A stretch of DNA of 63,476 nt, the filler included, from Octopus bimaculoides (Eukaryota): assembly GCF_001194135.2 (NCBI RefSeq). It is 7 parts of 7 records of this genome, joined end to end, with 100 filler letters (N's around TTAATTAATTAA, not from the genome) between each part and the next. Parts side by side here need not be neighbours in the genome. Positions count along the whole stretch, not along the records: positions 22,404 to 36,484 come from NC_068982.1; positions 36,585 to 53,587 come from NC_068993.1; 5 more parts are not named here. The stretch is one strand, 5' to 3'. Each line of letters opens with the position of its first letter. Position 1 is the first letter of the stretch. Under the pieces are notes generated by a model. The model was not told the origin of the DNA and ran no database searches. It saw only the letters and a program-made list of their open reading frames with translations. Positions 34,857 to 48,175 of this stretch are shown here, one piece after another. The translations under genes and the position numbers were made by a program.

Positions 34857-35410
34857 GCCCAGATGCAGTACCAGGCAGTGGCTCTCATGGCTTCTGTTCT
34901 TAATTGATTGGAAGTGTTATCATGTACATTGCTTTGTCTTGGTATAAAAGATGGGCTACAGCAAATATTCTGCTTAATACCACAGATTTGCATATCAGTT
35001 GTTTGACCTTAACCAGTTGAGCATGTTCCTTGGTGGCTGACGATATGTGCATCTCTGATCATGAGCAGAAGTAGTGGGGGAGCATCATAGCCATGTGTTG
35101 AGAGGAATTCTTTGGGGTTTGAATAATTCACCTTTGGAAACATGGGTGTTTTGCTCAACATCCTTAAAGAAACCTTATTCAGGGACCTTTTGAGCAGGAT
35201 GGGCTATTCGACCTGAAGAAAATTCTAGCTGGGCCCCACCTGCAAGATCATGCACTGTTTATCTTTATATGAGATCACCATGTCGCGCAAATATGGTTGT
35301 GATACATGTGCCTGGTGTACCCTTATCAAACGGGTAGTCGTGATGGGTATAACGGGCTTCGTATATTTTACCGCAGTGTCACTTTGATGGCACGCACTGC
35401 TCTCTCACTC
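34855..35410. repeat. ~555-bp non-coding interspersed repeat flanked by (AAT)n
   Basis: Sharp boundaries into AAT tracts on both sides; no ORF. Recalled as a high-copy octopus repeat, not verified. Confidence 0.55.
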
Positions 35411-35455
<45 letters not shown>

Positions 35456-35603
35456 TCTTTCTTTATTGCCCACAAGGGGCTAAACATAGAGGGGACAAAC
35501 AAGGACAGACAAAGGGATTAAGTCGGTTAGGTCGACCCCAGTGCGTAACTGGTACTTAATTTATCGACCCCGAAAGGATGAAAGGCGAAGTCGACCTCGG
35601 CGG
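35456..35603 (-). mobile_element. SINE-A, 5'-truncated
   Basis: Matches 32704-32850 and ends abruptly at CTCGGCGG. Confidence 0.85.
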
Positions 35604-35892
35604 GTCAAAATTAAAAGAAGAGTGCCATTGTTATCTAGTGAACGATATTTCGACATCCTGTGTGTCTTCAACGGGTTCAAAATATAAATTTGTTAATCTA
35701 CTCCACTTTGGTTAATATAGAAAGGATTGAGGTAACTCCTCTTGAAGATATAAAGTCAAAATTAAAAGAAGAGTGCCATTGTTATCTAGTGAACGATATT
35801 TCGACATCTTGTGTGTCTTCAACGGGTTCAAAAAATAAATTTGTCAATGTACTCCATTTTGGTTAATATAGAAAGGATTGAGGTAACTCCTC
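35604..35892. repeat. 151-bp tandem duplication (1.9 copies)
   Basis: GTCAAAATTAAAAGAAGAGTGCC...GGTAACTCCTC begins at 35604 and again at 35755, with few substitutions. Confidence 0.95.
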
Positions 35893-36170
35893 CTGTGGCC
35901 ATGCTGGAGCAGTGCTTTATACAATTCATTTGGTGAAGTAGACACTTGAACAGAGCTGTTCTTCTTTGTGCCTCCTGGCACGATGTGGCCGCGATCTGGT
36001 ATTTCAGATAAAAATAAGTCAAATCTCTTCTTGGCGTCCTCTACATTTACACCCTGTAAATACCTAAGGTTGTTTTGGCAGAATGTTGAATATTCCTGGA
36101 CCTTTGAAAGGCAAGATGTTATAGTAATTCTTTATTCGGGATCACTGGTACTATGCAGTGCCGTCCAGTT
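35893..36170 (-). mobile_element. Second CR1-like LINE ORF2 C-terminal fragment
   Basis: FKGPGIFNILPKQ / RYLQGVNVEDAKKRFDLFLSEIPD / TSCQEAQRRTALFKCLLHQM across frameshifts; resembles the CR1 'FN.LP...K..LD.FL..IPD' end. Confidence 0.7.
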
Positions 36171-36172
36171 CG

Positions 36173-36465
36173 GCAGCTGGCAGCGTGGCGAGCCGGTAGC
36201 GTGGCGAGCTGGTAGCGTGGCGAGCTGGTAGCGTGGCGAGCTGGTAGCGTGGCGAGCTGGTAGCGTGGCGAGCTGCCAGAATCGTTAGCACGCTGGACAA
36301 CGCTAAGCGATATTTCATGCGTCTTCTATGTTTTGAGCTCAAATTCCGTTAAGGTCGACTACAACTTCCATAATTTCTGAGACAATGTATTGAGTACCAG
36401 TTAAACACTGGAGTCTATGTAATAAACGTACCCCTGCACCCCGAAATTCTGGCCCTGAGCCTGGA
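36173..36465 (+). mobile_element. SINE-A with 6x16-bp tandem expansion of its head
   Basis: CGTGGCGAGCTGGTAG x6 (36184-36279) leading into AATCGTTAGCACG...GAGCTCAAATTCC. Confidence 0.85.
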
Positions 36466-36584
36466 ATAGAATATATATATATATNNNNNNNNNNNNNNNN
36501 NNNNNNNNNNNNNNNNNNNNNNNNNNNNTTAATTAATTAANNNNNNNNNNNNNNNNNNNNNNNNNNNNNNNNNNNNNNNNNNNN

Positions 36585-36627
<43 letters not shown>

Positions 36628-37699
36628 CTTACTGTTTGATATGTGGTTTATAGTGGATATAAATAGTTGTCAGTTTTAAGTTTTGCTACGTTTTTGTGGG
36701 TTTTTTTATTCCTTTATTTAGCTGTTTGATATTGTAATTTATTTCAGCTCTGTGATTTTGGCGAATTGTGTTTGAGACTGTCCCTGGAGTTAATGAGGTT
36801 GATTATTTCATGACGTGTAATTGAGACTGTACTTTTGTTCTCTTATGTTTTCTGGGAGTTTTCTTTGTTTTTTATTTGTTTGTTTGCTTTTGCTGTCAAA
36901 TAGAATACGTTTCTATGTTACATTTTGATTTCTTTGTTTCTTTTTGTTTCTTTTTTCTTACGGCTTTTGTGCGTCTATAATTATTTTGTTGATTGTATGA
37001 ACGTAGTGTGGTCTAAGCTGGTGACTGGAATTTTGAAAGCCTTAATTCTGTATTTTGATGGAAATCGTTTAGTTCTGCTTTTCCTTTCATTTTATAGATA
37101 GTTTTTGCTTTTTTTCATTGATATGCGAATGTATTGTGAAAATTACGAGAAGGCCAAAGGAGAAAGTTTGTGAAATTGCTTGCCAAGGAGTTATGAAAGC
37201 TAGAGGAAAGTTTAGTTTTTATGTTGTTATATTATCTCTTTGTTATCTGCACTATTTGAGAACCAGTGTTGAGTGCATTAAAGTCTCTCTGATGAGAAAG
37301 TTTGCAAGATTATGGTAAAGTACTCGTGGCATGTGCCTCGGTGGTGGTACTACATATGTTTATTCTATTAAAGTATTTTGTCTTGCTGATTATTTTTTCT
37401 CTTTTCTTTTTGTTATTTTGAAACCCTGATTTTGGTAGTATAATATTGTTTCATTTTTAGGTAACGAATATCATTCTGTGGTGTCTCTATATCGAATGCC
37501 AGTTTTGAACGGATCCGACTAATCTGATATAAGTATATTTTGGAATGCTACGAGTTTTATGTTCTTGTAGTAAGAATCTTTCCTAAATGTTGCTTTGCTG
37601 TCGTGTGTGGTGATAAATTATTTTGCTTCAATAAAGGTGTTTTAATGCCGCTAATGTTGTAGGCCAGAATCATTAGATTGCTTGAGTAATGCTTACAGA

Positions 37700-37771
<72 letters not shown>

Positions 37772-38049
37772 TGAAGCGTTTACTTTCAAATTATCAGCAA
37801 CAATTCTGCTCAGGTTTATAGAAAGTATTTTAAAGAGTTATACAGTTTGAATTACTCGTTTTGAAAAGATATGCCTTTGTGCAACATTCCAGGTATCTGG
37901 TGAAAAAAAAACTGTAGCATATAACCTTTACCTTACATGAATGCATTCACTTTTATAAAGTGTTTCTGATTCAGGCACAAGGTTATCAATTTTAGAAAAG
38001 AAGGGATAAACTGATATCATTAACCTAAGTACTACACTGTTGTCTTTTT

Positions 38050-38395
38050 TATTGCCCCCAGACAGATAAAATGCAAAATTGACCACAGCGCGATTTGAAC
38101 TCAGAACGTAATGAATAATGCAACACATTCCACCCGACCTTCTCACGATTCTGCCATATCAAGACCCCATTCAGTTAGTTGGTTTCAAATTTTGGTACAA
38201 GGTCAGCAAGTTCGAAAGTGGAGGTAAGTCGTTTACATCGATCCCTATGCTCAACTGCTACTTCATTTTATCGACACCAAAAGGATGAAAGGCAAAGTCG
38301 ACCTAGGTGCAATTTGAAATCAGAATGATATGTCGCTAAGCATTTGGCCCGGTGTGCTAACTATTCTGCCAACTCACCACCTTATTTCACTTCTC
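38050..38395 (-). mobile_element. Two degenerate SINE-A copies
   Basis: GATTTGAACTCAGAACG...GATTCTGCCA and AAGGATGAAAGGCAAAGTCGACC...ATTCTGCCAACTCACCACC. Confidence 0.75.
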
Positions 38396-40874
38396 TATAT
38401 TAAGGTGCATTGTGTGTGAACTTGTGACTTTCGGAAGTGATATCCACGGTACCTCTTGCCTAGAAATGTTAGACTTGTTGCTATTGTTGTAGCTAATTTT
38501 TCTACAAAATCCAGTATTTTTCTTGAATATTTGTCAATTTTATTGCTTATTGATCGTTGTGTAAGTTGGTTGTAAGACACAGGTGTTACAGGTGTTTTCG
38601 AGTTCACTTCTTTCGTACTCATTACAAGAAGTGTTTCTGCATTTCGAGGGCATATTATTCGACCTTCTAATCGTGACAGTTCTGTCTTTATTCTGGAATA
38701 TTATATTCTTGCACATTAATGCATGCATCGGATAAAATGCCCTGCGTATTTTTCTTGCGTTCTAAATTCAAATCTCGCCTAGGACAACTTTGTTTTTCAT
38801 TCTTCCAGATTCAGTGACTAATGAACAAGCCTAAGGCGATAAAATTGGCAAATTCGTTGGATGGTATGCCTAGCAATATTTTTTCCAGCTTTTAATGTTC
38901 TGAGTTCAAATTTCACCATAACCTACTTGGATGGTAGATTTAATTTAGCCATGGTTTAACACCACCACCTGGTCTTTACTTGCTTTACCAGAGTTTACCC
39001 TAAATTTAACATTCGTGCCTGATCTCGGGTTTGAGGACATCTTTCTCCCTTTCCACTAATCACAGTGTTCCTGTAGAAGTTCATGGGCACTACTTTCTTA
39101 CTCCTACCTAAAGTAATTGGGTAATATTTAAGGCAGATTTGGCTGCATATTTTTATTTTCGCTGTGTTGTTGCAAGTTTTGTGAAATGATGTTGTATTGG
39201 CGAGAATAGTGTTATTGTTGTTGAGTCCGGGTTAGTGAATCTCTCTCTTGTTGTTTAGCCAAGATCAACTTCGATGTAGCTCATCTACGGAATATAGACA
39301 ATCGGTAAGAGGATAGGTTTCATTTTCAAATCTAATATACCTCCACCTAGAAGATGACCCCATTATTCCCTTTGAAAATGTAGAGGTGCATTGTATGAGG
39401 TTTCATGTAATAGTATACAACTACGCCTCCCAGTGGCAGCATGTTCTAATAGTGATTACCGATATATAACAGGTAATTTTCTTTTTGATTTATTATTAGT
39501 TGTGACCATGCCAAGGCAGCGTTTAATTAACTCAGCTTTTATTCGTTTTTGTATACGCATACGCACGTATGTGTCTCTGTTTGTATTTATTGTGCTTCAT
39601 TCATGCATTGTTTCAGTACAAGAGTTATTTCTACAATAACCATTCAGTCATATTTTAAAAGGACTGCAATATCCCTGCAATATCTTAATCTCCCTCAAAC
39701 CACATCCTACCGTTTATAAAACTTGAGAGCATATATTGGATAGTGTGATCAAAAATGTATATTGTGAATAATGAAAATAAAATAAGTCTCATGCAGCTGG
39801 AGCGAATTTAATCTTAGATTTCCTTCATCGGGTTGAACAACGACAAAGACAAGAGGTAGACTAGTTGAAAAGCAAAGTCTTGAGAAATGGGAATTGTCAA
39901 AATACCATACTTACATGATTCTAACTCAATACTGAAGGTTCAAGAAGGAAAGATCTTCCAATAGAACATTCATTATCCCACTTAGTTTCATTTGAAAGTT
40001 ATTAACTAAACATCACATAAATTATTTCTTTTAGTTTTTTATTATGATTTATATTGTAAGAGAACTAATTGTTTCATTTTAAGTGTGCGTTAGAGAGGAT
40101 TTCGTTTGGTAATGTGTCTTTATCCGTGCTATATTCTACTGATACATATACATATATATATACATATATACGTAGGTGTTGTAATAAACACACATACACT
40201 TGCACACTCATGCCACGGATAGATATGCATATCTACAACATTTTTGTGTGAATATATATATGTATATATACATATATATACATATACGAGCGTAAGGTTT
40301 CGTACAACTGCTTTTCTTTGGATTGTAATATTGGAGCGCTTGAAATCGAATATTTCAATTTATGTATTTTGCATTCGCACGATAAAGGAATTTGACCTAC
40401 GAAAATCTGTCCTCCACTGATTTATGTTATATTTCGCTCATACAGGGCACTAATTTGGTGCGCTGCAACAAAGGTTTTCCTTTTTTCTTATGTTTTATAT
40501 ATANNNNNNNNNNNNNNNNNNNNNNNNNNNNNNNNNNNNNNNNNNNNNNNNNNNNNNNNNNNNNNNNNNNNNNNNNNNNNNNNNNNNNNNNNNNNNNNNN
40601 NNNNNNNNNNNNNNNNNNNNNNNNNNNNNNNNNNNNNNNNNNNNNNNNNNNNNNNNNNNNNNNNNNNNNNNNNNNNNNNNNNNNNNNNNNNNNNNNNNNN
40701 NNNNNNNNNNNNNNNNNNNNNNNNNNNNNNNNNNNNNNNNNNNNNNNNNNNNNNNNNNNNNNNNNNNNNNNNNNNNNNNNNNNNNNNNNNNNNNNNNNNN
40801 NNNNNNNNNNNNNNNNNNNNNNNNNNNNNNNNNNNNNNNNNNNNNNNNNNNNNNNNNNNNNNNNNNNNNNNNNN

Positions 40875-40908
<34 letters not shown>

Positions 40909-41908
40909 TATATTCTGTAAAAATGCGTGGTCCAGGCCTTAGAGAGAGTTTGATTTACCATCATGAAGTGGATGCTTCGACTCTTGGACCAGTAGGTGCG
41001 TTGTGTCCTTCAGCAAAGTGCTTTGTTTCACGTTGTTCCAGTCTACTGAAAATTAGTAGCAACAAATTGTGGTTCACTCGTTTCTCCTTCAGTTGCCATA
41101 CCCTCGATAGGACAAGGAGTGAAATAGCCGAGAGGACGTCCATGTCTACTAACCACTACTGAGCACCTAAAACAATTATCGAATATACGATACATGCGAA
41201 CAAGACATATTGCGGCTGTGCTGTTATATATTCATGCATGCATCAAATATACATATATGCATATATATATATATATAAATGTGTATATGCCCACTTCTCT
41301 CATATAGGCATATGCGTGTGCTTGGATTTATGGAGTGGATGTCTGAATGTGACTAGTTGGCTTTTAATTGAGATTCTTCTCTTCGTACTAATCCCCACTG
41401 CTAAAACATTCGAATAATTACCATTATTGATGAGTTGATTCTTAATTCTAGGAATACATGTCATAAACATTTGTACAATCTCACTTTTGGCATTTGGGAT
41501 GCTGCCTTGTCAATTTTTTGAGTTTTATCCGTCCATATGTGGTGAGTTTCTAGAATTCTTTTCTTGCAATTAATTTTAATGAAAAAAAAATTATAAATCT
41601 TTTTTCAAACTATCGAAAATAATCAGCATTATTAAGAGCTGGTTAGGTATTGTTTGTTTTGATGGAATTAGCAATAGGGCTGGAAGTGAAAAGCATCTTC
41701 CTAAATTCCATCAACCTCGTGAAAACATTTTGCAGCTATATTTTAGCGTTTAATTCTTGACATTATTTAGTTATTTATTTACTTTGAATTTTTGACCGTT
41801 TCTTTTTATACGTCACAGACCAATTAACAGTAATCAGTGTTGTTAGACTTAGTAATGTATTAATAAATCGACTTCAAACTTGTGGACGGAATCGTTCAGA
41901 AGTAAGCA

Positions 41909-41995
<87 letters not shown>

Positions 41996-44328
41996 TGTGT
42001 GTAACATATATGCATATATATGTATGCCATTATTCAGTTTATTTCAAGATTTCTTGCCAATAGAGAAAGAATCGGTTTCTAACCTAGATCCAAGGCTCCT
42101 TCATTGGAATTTCAACATCAACAACAAGGTATTTTTATTTCTATGTATGTATATATGTATGTATGTTTTATGTATGTATTCTCATGCATATAGTTGCATA
42201 TCTAGACATGTTCATGTATATTTAAATGATAAACTTCTGGAAAGTTTTAGATTTTTACAGTTCTAGTGATGGATTGGGTAGGTATTTATGTATGTATGTG
42301 TGTATGCATGTGTGTATGTATGTATGTATTATGAGCGTGTTCATGTTCATATATATTTGATAGATTTAGTCAAATGGCAAGAAGAAATCAGAATCTTCAA
42401 AATTCCATCTCCCCTTTGAAAACAATCTATTTCAATGGTTTTGGTTTGTAAACGTCTGACTGATAGGGATTAAAGAAATGAATGTGGTTAAATTGTCAAA
42501 ACGTTGGCTTCGCTACAGTGTCGATCCACGTTTGACCCACAGCACTGCGTGTATACAAGTGTCTTCCAATAGAGACTCGGATCAACGAAGGGCTTTAGAG
42601 TAAAATTTGGAAGCCGACGGCAGAAGACTTTATTTTGGGTTAGCAGTCATGATGCATCACCTGGTGTTGTACCATCTCCATGATTGGCGCCTTCAGCGTC
42701 ATCCAATATGTTGCAAGGATTTAAGCCCCGGTCCTAATCTGAAGATAAAACCTTTTCTTCCTGAAAAATATAGACATAAAAAAACTAGCGATGACCAAGA
42801 ATTGAAACAGAATAATGGTTTCTACTCACTGGAAATTTATGTCATTCTCTACGATACTAACCAACACATCAATACAAATATTGACATATAACAGACATCA
42901 ATACGAATATACGTCTATTATATTAGCTCAATCTGCGATCGAAATGAAAAACACAAAATAGATATCGATTGAATCGACCCTCATGCACTTGTTGTACTAA
43001 TGTTACTGATTCCATAGGAACGAAGGGTTAAACCGACTCAACGATATTTGATCTCAAAATGAAACTTTTTAATATAAGACATTCAGTCTGGTTCTCTACG
43101 CCACCGCTACAGTAACAGAATCAAGTTAATAAAATAAATGTTTTGAAATGACTTAATGAAGGTCTAGACGTCAGGTAGAAAAACGAAAACAACGTAGAAG
43201 TTAGACTAATATATTAAATGGATATAAAGCGTAATAAATGCAATGAACATTGAATAACAAACTAGAAATAGTTGAGCAGTGAGGGAAAAATATTAGATGC
43301 CAATGATAACTTTGAACATGTTTTAGTAGTTTTCTGAACTGACTCTCCATCGTACTTGCTAAAATAGAGCTAGAAGTATTGATGGAGAAGGTTTAAAGTA
43401 GTCCATTGGTTGGGGTACTACAATGAAATTGTTGATTACAGAATGCCACCAAAATCACAATGATTCGAACCAATACCATACAAAATTAATTATATTATGC
43501 ATTTAATACATACAAATGAGAAAACATAGAAAATTCTCATTCGATTCATGTACCACTATCAAACAGAGCAAATTGTTTAACATTTGATAGCTTAGATATA
43601 TGCATCAATGAGTTGCCAGGAGAGAAAATAATGAAAATCAGTTTCCATATACTTTTCTGGTATCATTAACGGTAAAAGTGAAGTGAAACAACTACTAGAA
43701 CCTAAAATCAGAAAGTTGTAAACTAAAGGATTTGTACCATTTTGAGACATTCTAATGAACTGAATAAATAAAATTATTAGCAATAAATACTTAAGCAATG
43801 TAGAGCTACTAAGAAGCTCTACAGAACTATAACTAGTAGGATCAGACTATTAACGTTTGTGTACCTTAATCAAGAGAGTAACTATATGTATTTTAATATA
43901 CGGGCTGCTTGACAATAAGTCAAGAGAGAGGAACATGCAAATGCTTTTCCCAACAAAACGACAGAGAATGCTATCTAAATGATATTTCTAGATATGATTA
44001 TTGGTTTCTATAATATATGAACGCAGGTCTTTTCGTGTCAGTAACCAGGTTAGAAATGGAGATCAAATTGGTAACTTTTAATATTTCACTTTTATTCTTT
44101 TACTGATTTCAGTATTTGGACTTTGGCTATGCATCGGATTGAAGGATCAGTTCCCGTATTTGTTAATGTTTTATACTTATTCTATCAGTCTCTACTTTAG
44201 CTGAACTGCAAACTCGCTAACTTGTGAAGACGTAAAGAAATTGACTGACTGCCAATGTCAGCAAACATTACATAGGAAGAGAAATAAATACACATGTACC
44301 AATATATAAAGGCATATATGTATGTATG

Positions 44329-44370
<42 letters not shown>

Positions 44371-44547
44371 CACATACGCGCAAATGCGCATACGCAGACA
44401 CACATACATACGTACATACATACATTCACACACACTCNNNNNNNNNNNNNNNNNNNNNNNNNNNNNNNNNNNNNNNNNNNNNNNNNNNNNNNNNNNNNNN
44501 NNNNNNNNNNNNNNNNNNNNNNNNNNNNNNNNNNNNNNNNNNNNNNN

Positions 44548-44898
44548 TATATAGGAGTTCTTTTCTTATCAGAACGATTAGGGTGAGTTTTGCGAGCTGC
44601 CGTACCTTCGTAATCACCATTAGTCTCATCAAGCTTTTTCCGAATCCTCTGCACTGTCCTCAGATTGACACCCAAACACTCTGAAATGTTCGTATTGGAG
44701 CTTCCGGCTCGAATGCCAAGCAGTACAGCATGTTGTTTCCAAATTTTTGGCAGCGTGAATTGCGTCATGGTGGTGTTTTCTCACAGACGGTACCCAACTG
44801 ACCCTACCATACTATGTAGTTGACAAACTCAAAAACAAACAATGCACATGCGCGTGATTAAAAATATAAAAAGGCAACAATTTACCAATCGCACCCTG
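44548..44898 (-). mobile_element. Tc1/mariner (IS630-Tc1-mariner) element 5' end with transposase N-terminus
   Basis: TA|CAGGGTGCG terminus at 44898-44900. ATG at 44768 gives MTQFTLPKIWKQHAVLLGIRAGSSNTNISECLGVNLRTVQRIRKKLDETNGDYEGTAARK.., an HTH-type I..CLGV..RTVQRI pattern; truncated at a gap. Confidence 0.85.
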
Positions 44899-46699
44899 TA
44901 TGTGTGGGTGTGTATTTGTGTGTGTGTGTGTGTGTGTGTGTGTGGTATAATGCATGGTACATGCCCAAAACTCTGGACAGTGATACTGAACCTGAAACTA
45001 TATGGTTTCAAAGCGGATTTCTTAAAAAAAACAATTCTAACAAAGAAATGTTATTTCTTAAATAATGATGAGTTTTTAACGAACATATGACGTGTAGACT
45101 TCTAAAAAGCATGGCATAGCTGCATTAAAAGCATGGCATAGCTGTACACTTTTAAAAAGGATGGCATAACTGTTTCTGTGTGATGCTATATTGTGAAGTA
45201 CATTACATTCAATGCTAATAAGTCGAATGGATTGTTGATCACTAGAGAAAAGAGCAAGGTTCGCGAGAACTGAGTTTATGATAGAGTTTAGAAGCTTGCT
45301 TGAATCTAACTCTCTGAACCTACGCTACTGTTCTACTTCAAAATGCATAAATACCATATCATATTTTCCTCTCTTAGAAATCCGTGAACTTCTACCAATA
45401 TTAGAAATCAATAAACTAACTTAGAATAAGTATTTGTCTTTATGAAAGATTGTAATATACAATCACTTCGCTTCTCTTGATTTTACATATCATATATAAC
45501 CAGTGATATGCAGAGATTAGTATATCTTCGGATTAGTTGATCTATGTGGTGAAAGGATGAGTTAATAAGATAAACTAGACACTGGGGAGTAAATCGGATT
45601 AACTGTGACTAAGAAAGAGGTTATTGTCTCTTAATCAATCTTCTTCAGCCATACTTGTAAATTTGTTCTTTCGCTTGAAACGATTTTCATCAATGTCTCG
45701 TCTTTCGTTCAGATCTTGGCGCTGGCTGTGTGGAGTAATCTTACACCATGGAGAAAACCATTTCAAGCATTGACGAACGCTTTGCATTCTTCTTATTTGA
45801 CTTTTGTTTCTATTTTATGTTCGCAGTTTCACAAGAGCTCTTATTTTATTAACCCCTTTTCCCAGCATGATTTCTCCACTTCTTTCACCCTCCCTTCTTG
45901 ATGTCAGATCTGTTGCCCCGTTTTGACCAATGCTCCCATATTAATACATGATTCGTTTTATAACTTCCCCTTATCTCATTTCATATATCTTTCATTCTGT
46001 CTTTCTTGTATTTTTCTCTGTTGTCTATTCTCTCTCCCTTTCTTTCTTTCACTACTTCCATTCTACTTATTCAGTATCAGAACACAATGAAGAATCCTGC
46101 CTGAAATGTTATATTTGTCTCTAACTCACTCCAAGCAATTCATTTATCATTGAAACCGTTCGTACTTTCTATTTACCGATTCAAATCAGACAGCATTCCA
46201 GATGACAAACTCCCATCCTACTTTCATACTTTATACAGAACATTGGATCTGTTAAGAGAACAATATGACAGCTTATTTTCATTATAAATGAATACCATAC
46301 ATGCTTTACTTTGAGGGACCTCTGCAAATTCGGGAACCTTCTGACAAGCTTCCATCTTAAGTTTATGTTTTATCCATGACTGCAGCCTTCTCAAGTACAT
46401 GAGCAGTGAAATAGCTTAGTTTCTTAACAAATAAATATCTCAATTCTCCTTCGAGAGAAATCTTCTGATGCAGTAGTCTCAACGCAGTAGCCAGCAAGAA
46501 CACCACATCATTTCGGCCTTTGAGACTTTTTTAATGTCGACTTACTTGCACGAGAATTCGTTGCCTCCGATACTGAAAACAGTGAATAAAGCTTTCACTG
46601 ATGTTGAGAAAAGCCGCCTGAATGAATAAAAAGCTGGTGTATGCAAGTCAAGCAGCAAATTAAAACAGATATTTATGCATCATACTTAATGTGTGTACA

Positions 46700-46771
46700 C
46701 CATTGATAGGCCAGTTATAACGGTACTTGTCTTAAAATAAAATCTGTTACGGGCGTGCTATGTTAAAAACA

Positions 46772-46827
<56 letters not shown>

Positions 46828-47240
46828 ATCAGGAGACAAAAATCCTCAAAGCACGTCCATGAGAGATGTTATTTCAGGACGAATTCCGTTGTAACTGGCC
46901 TATCAATACTGTATATATTCAATAAGATACACACATGGGTATATAAATTTAATACTGCCTTATTTGCGTATTCTAGACTTTGTTCCCATTATTCGCGAAT
47001 GTATTATTCCCTTTTCCTATGAAGACGATGAAATCTCGTCCAAATGTTCACCTGGCTACAAGTAAACGTCATTTTAAGAACCCCAAAATTCACAAATATA
47101 CCTGGTATTCTCTCTTGCCGCTACTTGGGAAATACTTCGTTTCTCTCCGATATTTATTTTATTTTTCATACAATACATCCATACGAGATGTTATCTCTAG
47201 ACGACTACCACTGTAGTTGGCCTATCAACGGTGTATATAT
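46700..47240. repeat. Diverged GATAGGCCAGTTAYAACGG repeat: inverted pair around (TA)n plus a third copy
   Basis: + copy at ~46703-46750; - copies at ~46855-46910 and ~47175-47230. Confidence 0.65.
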
Positions 47241-47819
47241 ATGAAATACAATACATAGATGCATGTATGTTGAGTCGTTGACTCTGTCTTTTCAGACTAT
47301 TGAAGAGGCTGCAAGAAACAAGGAAAATCTTAGAAAAAATAAATAAATAAACGAGTGGAAATCGAACCGGTGAGTGTGTTAATTAAAAAGACATTTTAAC
47401 AGAATTGCTCTCCCCAGACAATAAAATGTGCTTCAACACACGAATTCACATAAAGAATCTAGCAAACCAAATGCAAAAACGAAATACATGCATATATATA
47501 TATGTGTGTGTGTGCGTGTGTGTGTGTATGTATGTATATATATATATATATNNNNNNNNNNNNNNNNNNNNNNNNNNNNNNNNNNNNNNNNNNNNNNNNN
47601 NNNNNNNNNNNNNNNNNNNNNNNNNNNNNNNNNNNNNNNNNNNNNNNNNNNNNNNNNNNNNNNNNNGTGTGTGTGTGTATTGGCATTTGTATGTGATACA
47701 AAATGTACATACACGGTTTAAAGGCATGGTATTGTGGAATTGACCGGGAGAAAATCTCCTCATAAACATGTACTAAAAACACAATAAATATATTGGTGTG
47801 AGACGAACATTGTCACAGT

Positions 47820-47884
47820 CATGACTCAGCATTTATATATGTGTGAGTATGCATGCATGTAGGTATATATGTGTGTATATACAC

Positions 47885-47915
<31 letters not shown>

Positions 47916-48138
47916 TGTATGTATGCATGTGTTTACGTATGTTCTCTGCTGATTTTAGTTATTTAAATACTTTCTCTGAGAAAGGAACTGGTTTCTAACA
48001 GAGGTACAAAGCTGCATCGCTGGAATGCCGATAACAAAAACAACATCCCATTTTAAACTTACGATAAGTCTTGCATATTGTTGCATATATATATATATAT
48101 ACATATATACACGTGCGTGCGCAGATATATGTGTGTGC

Positions 48139-48175
<37 letters not shown>

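Noticed and set aside
36184-36279. CRISPR-like array
   Set aside because: Contiguous 16-bp units with no spacers, eukaryotic context, derived from a SINE head.
37286-37300. CTGATGAGAAA
   Set aside because: No intervening stem II; chance match.
39414-39472. Possible 59-nt exon (AG...AG|GTAATT) with a CTCF-like GCCACTGGGAGGCG
   Set aside because: Weak acceptor, unrecognised peptide, and the motif has a core mismatch.
43592-43798. ORF with IRMSQ...NFLILGS, faintly like class C GPCR TM1-TM2
   Set aside because: Similarity is only a few residues, there is no convincing splice context, and neighbouring frames are full of stops; chance or a very old TE is more likely.
45230-46650. Purine-rich minus strand suggestive of a degraded L1/Tx1-like ORF2 end
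   Set aside because: Only short open stretches and no diagnostic motif; needs a profile search. The same holds for the strand-biased 36620-37680 region.
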